Below, piece after piece: positions 52,925-59,857 of a stretch of DNA of 59,857 nucleotides. The notes beneath the pieces were generated by a model that searched no databases, was not told where the DNA came from, and saw only the letters and a list, made by a program, of their open reading frames with translations. A program made the position numbers and the translations under genes. The stretch covers positions 1 to 59,857 of the forward strand of contig WGDO01000024.1 of the NCBI GenBank assembly GCA_015493225.1. The letters run 5' to 3'. The stretch's first letter is position 1; each line of letters opens with the position of its first letter. The stretch comes from Patescibacteria group bacterium. Its GTDB lineage: Bacteria > Patescibacteriota > Minisyncoccia > Moranbacterales > DUUL01.

Positions 52925-54721
52925 ATGTATCGTACTAATACTTGCGGAGAATTAAAAAAAGAAAACATTGGAGAAGATGTAACTTTATCTGGCTGGGTTC
53001 ATCGTCGGAGGGATCACGGAGGAATTATTTTTGTTGATCTAAGGGATGAAAATGGTTTGACTCAGGTAAAATTTGATCCAGCTATTAATAAAGAAGCGCA
53101 TCATTTAGCAGAAGAATTGCGGAGTGAATGGGTATTGAAAGTTAGCGGAAAAGTTTTGGCTCGTCCGGATGAAATGATTAATTCAAAAATAAAGACAGGG
53201 GAAATTGAAGTGGCGGTTAATGAATTGGAAATTTTAAATAAGTCCAAGACTCCTCCTTTTGAAATTGATGACGAAAGTGGTGAGGAGGCCAATGAAACTA
53301 TTCGTTTAAAATATCGTTATATTGATTTGCGACGAAAAAAAATTAGAAGCCTTTTGACGAAAAAAGATAAAATGATACAAGAAATCAGAGCTTATTTTCA
53401 GGAGAAAGGTTTCCAGGAAATTCAAACTCCAATTTTAGCTAATTCTTCTCCAGAGGGAGCTCGAGATTGGTTAATTCCCTCACGAATTTATCGAGGGCAA
53501 TTCTATGCTTTACCTCAGGCTCCGCAACAATTTAAGCAATTATTGATGGTTGGAGGGGTGGATAAATATTTTCAAATTGCTCCTTGTTTTCGGGATGAAG
53601 ACCCACGACGGGATCGACATTTTGGTGAATTTTATCAATTGGATATGGAGATGGCTTTTGTGGAACAGGAAGATATTTTTAAGGTGATGGAGCCAATAAT
53701 GATTCAATTGACAGAAAGTTTAAGCGACAAGAAAATTATAAATTTAAATGAGGATAATAGTTTTGTTAAAATTCCCTGGAAAGAGGCGATGAATAGTTAT
53801 GGAATTGATAAACCAGATTTGCGTTTTGATTTAAAAATTAAACCAGTAACTGATATGGTTAAAGATTCTGGTTTTGGTGTTTTTAGTGGAGCGGTGAAAA
53901 ATGGCGGAGTGGTGCATGCTTTGAAAGTTGACGGTGGGGCTAAATTTTCTCGAAAAGAAATTGATGAGTTAACTGAAATTGCTATTGCTAAGGGGGCAAA
54001 GGGACTTGCTTACATTATTGTGAAAGAGAATGATGAACTACAATCCCCAATTGTAAAATTTCTCGGAGAAGAGATTGCAAACCAACTTATGAAAGATGTT
54101 GACGCTAAAGCCGGAGATATTGTTTTCTTCGGTGCTGATCAATGGCGGACGGTTTGTGATGCTTTGGGAGCAGTGCGAAATGAGTGTGGTGAGAAGCTTG
54201 GATTAAAAGATAAAAAGAAAGCAGTCTGGGCTTGGGTGGTTGATTTTCCAATGTATGATTATTCGGAAATTGAGGAAGGAAAAATTGATTTTAGTCATAA
54301 TCCTTTTTCTATGCCTCAGGGCGGAATGAAAGATTTGGAGGAAAAAGACCCGTTGGATATTTTAGCCTACCAGTATGATTTAATTTTGAATGGCTTGGAA
54401 ATTTCTAGTGGAGCCATTAGAAATCACCAACCGGAAATTATGTATAAGGCTTTTGAGATTGCCGGTTACACTAAAGAAGAAGTTGATGAAAAATTTGGGC
54501 ATATGATTGAGGCTTTTAAATTTGGTGCTCCTCCCCATGGAGGAAACGCTCCGGGAATTGACCGTTTATTTATGGAATTGACTGATTCTCCGTCTATTCG
54601 GGATATTTATGCTTTTCCAAAAGATGGACAAGGCAGAGATTTAATGCTAAATTCTCCCGCTGAAGTTTCCCAGGAGCAACTTGATGAATTGGGAATTAAG
54701 ATTATGAAGAAGAAAAAATAG
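52925..54721 (+). CDS. aspS: Aspartate--tRNA ligase
   Basis: GWVHRRRDHGGIIFVDLRD, FYALPQAPQQFKQLLM, FRDEDPRRDR, GGNAPGIDRL. Confidence 0.97.
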   Translation: MYRTNTCGELKKENIGEDVTLSGWVHRRRDHGGIIFVDLRDENGLTQVKFDPAINKEAHHLAEELRSEWVLKVSGKVLARPDEMINSKIKTGEIEVAVNELEILNKSKTPPFEIDDESGEEANETIRLKYRYIDLRRKKIRSLLTKKDKMIQEIRAYFQEKGFQEIQTPILANSSPEGARDWLIPSRIYRGQFYALPQAPQQFKQLLMVGGVDKYFQIAPCFRDEDPRRDRHFGEFYQLDMEMAFVEQEDIFKVMEPIMIQLTESLSDKKIINLNEDNSFVKIPWKEAMNSYGIDKPDLRFDLKIKPVTDMVKDSGFGVFSGAVKNGGVVHALKVDGGAKFSRKEIDELTEIAIAKGAKGLAYIIVKENDELQSPIVKFLGEEIANQLMKDVDAKAGDIVFFGADQWRTVCDALGAVRNECGEKLGLKDKKKAVWAWVVDFPMYDYSEIEEGKIDFSHNPFSMPQGGMKDLEEKDPLDILAYQYDLILNGLEISSGAIRNHQPEIMYKAFEIAGYTKEEVDEKFGHMIEAFKFGAPPHGGNAPGIDRLFMELTDSPSIRDIYAFPKDGQGRDLMLNSPAEVSQEQLDELGIKIMKKKK

Positions 54722-54760
54722 CTTGATTTTTATCAATAAGTATGGTAACTTTATTTCAGG

Positions 54761-54795
54761 AGGGTAGTCTAAGAAATAGGCTACCTTTTTGTTTC
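54761..54795 (+). terminator. Terminator candidate after aspS
   Basis: agggtagtc-(9 nt)-ggctacct, then ttttgttt. Confidence 0.6.
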
Positions 54796-54936
54796 TTTGA
54801 CAAATTTTTTAACAGCTGATCTTTTAATATTAGTTTGTTGAAAATAAAATTAGATGTTGAAAACAAGGTATAGATAGTAATAATGCTATTTATATCTAAA
54901 TTATTATTCCCAAAAAACCTAAAGGAGGTAATTTGT

Positions 54937-56262
54937 ATGGGACAGACAATAGCAGAAAAAATATTTGCAGCACATCTGCGTGACACACCAACCCCGGACA
55001 ACATGGTGATCGACATTGACGTCATCATGTGTCACGAAATCACCACGCCCATTGCTATTATGGATCTTGTGGATAAAGAGATGGACAGGGTGATTGATCC
55101 TGACAGGATTAAAGCGGTCATTGATCATGTGACCCCGTCCAAGGATTCCAAAACAGCCATGCAGGCTAAGATAATGCGTGACTGGGCCAGACGGCAGAAC
55201 ATCAAAGACTTTTTTGACATTGGCCAGAATGGTGTCTGTCACGCCCTATTTCCTGAAAAAGGATTCATTCGTCCAGGTAACACGGTCATCATGGGTGACT
55301 CACATACCTGTACCCACGGTGCCTTTGGGGCCTTTGCCGCCGGTGTCGGTACCACGGATCTTGAGGTGGGCATCCTCAAAGGAGTATGTGCCTTCCGCAA
55401 GCCTGAATCCATGAAAATCGAGGTCACGGGCGAGCTGCCGGTTGGCGTGTATGCCAAGGATATTATTCTCCATATCATCAAAACCCTCACTGTCAACGGC
55501 GCAACAGACATGGTCATGGAATTTTGCGGCCCGGTTGTCGAGGCAATGAACATGTCATCCCGGATGACGCTTTGCAATATGTCCGTTGAAGCAGGCGCGA
55601 CCTCAGGTCTCTGCCTGCCAGATAAGGTGACAGCAAAATATCTCTGGCAATTTATCCAGGACGATTACGCCTCAATGGAAGAAGCTGTCGAGGACTATAA
55701 AAAATGGCATTCTGATACTGATGCTCAATATGCCCAGACGTTGACCATTGATGTGACAGAACTTGTCCCCCAGGTTACCCATGGTTTTAAGCCGGATCAG
55801 GTGAAAGACATTACCGAGCTTGCCGGTAAGAGAATCGATCAAGTGTACATAGGTTCCTGCACGAATGGACGCATTGAGGATATCCGGGAAGCCGCCTCTG
55901 TCCTTAAGGGACGCAAGGTTGCAGACACGGTCCGGGGCATTTTAACTCCGGCAACACCAGGAATTTATTCCCAGGCACTTGACGAAGGCTTTATTAAAAT
56001 TTTTATGGATGCCGGGTTCTGCGTGCTTAATCCTACCTGCGGCGCATGTCTTGGTATGAGCAGTGGCGTACTGGCCGAAGGCGAGTCCTGTGCTTCCACG
56101 ACCAATAGAAATTTTAACGGACGAATGGGTAAAGGCGGCATGGTCCATCTTATGAGTCCGTTGTCTGCCGCGGCAGCTGCTGTAACCGGCGAGATTACCG
56201 ATCCACGTATGTTTCAAAGAATGAACAAAGGAATCTCATTCACAGAAGGAGGAGAATTATGA
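54937..56262 (+). CDS. leuC: 3-isopropylmalate dehydratase (or homoaconitase-type) large subunit
   Basis: MGQTIAEKIFAAH, CHEITTP, MGDSHTCTHGAFGAFA, GSCTNGR, NRNFNGRMG. Strong RBS aaaggaggt at 54921-54929. GC is markedly higher than the flanks. Confidence 0.92.
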   Translation: MGQTIAEKIFAAHLRDTPTPDNMVIDIDVIMCHEITTPIAIMDLVDKEMDRVIDPDRIKAVIDHVTPSKDSKTAMQAKIMRDWARRQNIKDFFDIGQNGVCHALFPEKGFIRPGNTVIMGDSHTCTHGAFGAFAAGVGTTDLEVGILKGVCAFRKPESMKIEVTGELPVGVYAKDIILHIIKTLTVNGATDMVMEFCGPVVEAMNMSSRMTLCNMSVEAGATSGLCLPDKVTAKYLWQFIQDDYASMEEAVEDYKKWHSDTDAQYAQTLTIDVTELVPQVTHGFKPDQVKDITELAGKRIDQVYIGSCTNGRIEDIREAASVLKGRKVADTVRGILTPATPGIYSQALDEGFIKIFMDAGFCVLNPTCGACLGMSSGVLAEGESCASTTNRNFNGRMGKGGMVHLMSPLSAAAAAVTGEITDPRMFQRMNKGISFTEGGEL

Positions 56263-56798
56263 AGAAATTTGGCGGACCGGCAATATTGCTGAACAGGAAT
56301 GATATAAATACTGACGAGATAATTCCTGCGAAATATCTCACAGAGATCACAAAAACGGCATTAAAACCCCACCTTCTTGAGGATCTGCTCGTTGACGGCA
56401 AAGCGTTTGACTCTCAAAGTGAAACCATGCAAAAGGCAAAGGTTGTAATAACCAGGGCTAATTTCGGATGCGGATCTTCACGGGAGCATGCCGTGTGGGC
56501 CTTTGAGGTTAATGATATTAACGTGGTCATTGCTGAGAGTTTTGCCCGAATCTTCCGACAAAACATGTTTAACTGCGGAATTCTTGCAATCGAGTTACCA
56601 AAGGAGCAGATTCAAGAAATCTTTGAGTTTGTTAAAAAAGCAAAGACTACTTGCGGGGTTATAGTGTATGACAGCCTAAAAGCTATTCGCATTACTGCCC
56701 CTAAAGACGGAATAACTTTTAAGTTTAATCTTAATGAGTATGACAGGAATCTGGTGAGTACTGGTGGCTGGCTTGCCTTTGCTGAAGTCAATTACTAG
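56259..56798 (+). CDS. leuD: 3-isopropylmalate dehydratase small subunit (short type)
   Basis: NTDEIIPAKYL, NFGCGSSREHAVWA. 4-nt overlap with leuC. Confidence 0.9.
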   Translation: MKKFGGPAILLNRNDINTDEIIPAKYLTEITKTALKPHLLEDLLVDGKAFDSQSETMQKAKVVITRANFGCGSSREHAVWAFEVNDINVVIAESFARIFRQNMFNCGILAIELPKEQIQEIFEFVKKAKTTCGVIVYDSLKAIRITAPKDGITFKFNLNEYDRNLVSTGGWLAFAEVNY

Positions 56799-56856
56799 AT
56801 GGAATAAAAACAGAGGCGCTTGGTAATTTCACTAGGCGCCTCAAGACTAATATTAA

Positions 56857-57969
<1,113 letters not shown>

Positions 57970-58035
57970 TATGGCCGTCGTAAATAGAATATTGATTATA
58001 GTTTAACGTCGATCAAATCGACACAACTAGTATAG

Positions 58036-58075
58036 TCGTTCATGGAGAGAGTCTCTCCATGAACGATTTTTTATT
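58036..58075 (+). terminator. Rho-independent terminator after leuB
   Basis: tcgttcatggagaga-g-tctctccatgaacga (15-bp arms), then ttttttatttttt. Confidence 0.85.
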
Positions 58076-58173
58076 TTTTAAAGATGTGGTATACTTAATT
58101 AAGTTGATAGAGATGGTGCTGTCTATGATTACAAACAATAGATTGAGTGATTTAAGATTAATTTATAAAATCA

Positions 58174-58875
58174 ATGACTTACCAAGTAAAACTTCAACAA
58201 TTTGAGGGGCCGTTGCCTTTGTTGTTGGAATTAATTGAAAAAGAAAAACTGGATATTACGACAGTTTCGTTGGCACAGGTGGCTGATGATTTTTTGGCTT
58301 ACATCGAACAAGGAGAAAATATTAATTTAGCTAATCTAAGTGAGTTTTTATTAATTGCTTCTCATTTAATTTTGATAAAGTCAAAGGCGTTATTGCCATT
58401 TTTTGAATTTACCAAGGAGGAAGAAGAAGATATCGAAGATTTAGAGGCACGATTAAAGGAATATCGACGTTTTAAAAAAGCCTCTAAACAACTGGGGGAG
58501 GATTGGATGAAACAAAATATTTCCTTTGCCAAAGTAGAGTCTAAAATTCAGCCAATTAAAACAACAATGCCTGATATTTTGGCGGATGATTTATGGGCAA
58601 TGGCCCTGGGGATAGCAGAAGAGAATGAAGAGGACAAGGAAGAATTAGTCGAAGAGACCTGGGAAAATGTTATTAGTTTGGAAGAGCGAATCACTGAATT
58701 GCGAAACACTATTATCAAAAGAGCAAAGGTTAGTTTTAGCGAGACGGTGCAAGGCGCTCAATCAAAGGTGGAAGTGGTGGTTTCTTTTTTGGCTATTTTG
58801 GAAATGTTAAAGCAGAAATTTGTGACGGTTAAACAGGATGAGTCGTTTGGGGAGATTTTTATTGAAAAAAACTGA
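58174..58875 (+). CDS. scpA: Segregation and condensation protein A
   Basis: FEGPLPLLLELIEKEKLDITTVSLAQVADDFL. Confidence 0.9.
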   Translation: MTYQVKLQQFEGPLPLLLELIEKEKLDITTVSLAQVADDFLAYIEQGENINLANLSEFLLIASHLILIKSKALLPFFEFTKEEEEDIEDLEARLKEYRRFKKASKQLGEDWMKQNISFAKVESKIQPIKTTMPDILADDLWAMALGIAEENEEDKEELVEETWENVISLEERITELRNTIIKRAKVSFSETVQGAQSKVEVVVSFLAILEMLKQKFVTVKQDESFGEIFIEKN

Positions 58876-58879
58876 AAAC

Positions 58880-58922
58880 TAATTTTAAGTTTTAAATTTT
58901 AAGTTTTAAATGAGTTTTAAAT
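58880..58922. repeat. AT-rich word repeat, a near-identical copy of 7689-7731
   Basis: taattttaagttttaaattttaagttttaaatgagttttaaat. Starts 5 nt after the scpA stop. Confidence 0.75.
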
Positions 58923-58979
58923 AATTAATTTTAAATGGCCAGAAAACAATGTTAAGATACTGGTTAAGATCAAAAGTCT

Positions 58980-59546
58980 ATGAATAAAAAAAAGAAGTCA
59001 AAAGAAAAGAAAAAAGAAAAAAACTTGCCAGCTATAGTTGAGGCATTTTTGTTTACGGCTGGTGATCCAGTGGATGAGAAAAAAATTCAAACTTTTTTAC
59101 GGTTGACAAAAAAGCAATGGAGTGGTATTATGGGTAGTCTAACTGAAAAATATGGACAGGAAAACAGTGGTTTGCAAATTATTCATAAAGGTAGTAAAAT
59201 ACAACTGGTGACTAAGCCTAGCTTGGCGGAGTTGGTTGCTAAATTTTTGGGAAAAACGTTGGGTAATGAAGAATTATCCCGAGCTACCTTGGAAACTTTG
59301 GCAGTGGTGGCTTATCGTGGTCCGGTTACTCGAGCTCAAGTAGAATATGTGCGGGGAGTAAATTGTAGTTTTGCTTTGAGAACTTTGTCTTTGCGAGGAA
59401 TTATTGATCGAAAGGATAATCCATTGGATAGTCGTTCTTACTTGTATGAAATAAGTTTTGATTTTTTGAAAAATTTGGGACTAAAAAGTGTGGAGGAATT
59501 GAAAGATTACGATAAGTTGAAAGAGATATTGGAAGTGGGAGAGTAG
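58980..59546 (+). CDS. scpB: Segregation and condensation protein B
   Basis: AIVEAFLFTAGDPV..., LSRATLETLAVVAYRGPVTRAQVEYVRGV. Confidence 0.9.
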   Translation: MNKKKKSKEKKKEKNLPAIVEAFLFTAGDPVDEKKIQTFLRLTKKQWSGIMGSLTEKYGQENSGLQIIHKGSKIQLVTKPSLAELVAKFLGKTLGNEELSRATLETLAVVAYRGPVTRAQVEYVRGVNCSFALRTLSLRGIIDRKDNPLDSRSYLYEISFDFLKNLGLKSVEELKDYDKLKEILEVGE

Positions 59547-59583
59547 GATTGGTTGGTAGGCGATAGCTTTTTAATTTTAATTT

Positions 59584-59628
59584 GTAATTTGTAAATTTTA
59601 ATTCTCGTCCCTAAACGGGAGATAAAAA
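59584..59628. repeat. 45-bp repeat with 3 mismatches to 34261-34305
   Basis: gtaatttgtaaattttaattctcgtccctaaacgggagataaaaa. Confidence 0.7.
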
Positions 59629-59723
59629 ATCTAATTGATTGAATTTTAATTTTTTAAAGTAAATTTTAATTATTGTAAGTTTATCATGGCTTTAATCATT
59701 TAAAATTAGGCACTGGTAACCGA

Positions 59724-59855
59724 TTAGTAGTTTTTCCCAGAATAATTTTCCCGAATATAGCTCATCCAATTATGTATTTTAGGTAGTTTACAACCAGCTA
59801 ATTCTAAAGGAGATTTATTCCTTCGACTAGGAAACTCTGATTCCTTTAAGGAATG
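59724..59855 (-). CDS. 3' end of an ORF truncated by the window edge (hypothetical)
   Basis: The reverse strand reads HSLKESEFPSRRNKSPLELAGCKLPKIHNWMSYIRENYSGKNY* and is open to the window edge. Too short to classify. Confidence 0.3.
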   Translation of the reverse strand, partial: HSLKESEFPSRRNKSPLELAGCKLPKIHNWMSYIRENYSGKNY

Positions 59856-59857
59856 AA

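Overview
AT-rich bacterial chromosome segment, about 33-35% GC from hand counts of sample lines. It is compact and mostly housekeeping, and its style fits a small-genome Patescibacteria/CPR-like organism; that placement is an inference I cannot verify without a database. The standard code applies, because TGA terminates atpG and the HD-domain gene. Gene content in order: AAA ATPase (DUF4143), glyA, HD hydrolase, folD, a sigma-70 factor, the division/cell-wall cluster mraZ-rsmH-ftsL-ftsI-murF, a GT2-GtrA glycosyltransferase, ispG and a DsbA-like protein. Next come a four-subunit 2-oxoacid:ferredoxin oxidoreductase, an ACR3-like transporter, rmuC, a full F1Fo ATP synthase operon (atpI-B-E-F-H-A-G-D-C) and murG. 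A minus-strand block follows (rpmE, prfA, DedA, glycosyltransferase, an 888-aa membrane protein), then tRNA-Asp/Ala/Ile and a SpoIID-like protein. The window ends with a PP-loop ATPase, an RNHCP protein, infC-rpmI-rplT, ssrA-smpB, a CAP-domain protein, aspS, leuCDB and scpAB. The unusual signal is mostly non-coding. (1) A repeat family with about 23-bp terminal inverted repeats has colonised the atp operon: one 528-bp copy carries a DUF559 (Vsr-like) endonuclease gene, two 130-bp copies carry no ORF, and there are several orphan ends. (2) Structured elements of 150-206 bp lie downstream of tRNA-Ile and tRNA-Ala. Each ends in an exact copy of the last 16 nt of its cognate tRNA, and a tRNA-Ile 5' pseudo-fragment split by a GC-rich hairpin lies nearby. 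(3) Two roughly 100-bp hairpins have covarying stems around a conserved internal loop. (4) A second inverted-repeat family is built on TAGACCTCT ends. (5) leuCDB forms an island of about 50% GC in the AT-rich background. (6) The oxidoreductase operon is interrupted between its alpha and beta genes by three unrelated genes. (7) Short word-like tandem repeats fill many intergenic spacers, with identical 35-45-bp copies at distant loci. No similarity searches or folding programs were run; all calls rest on motifs read by eye.
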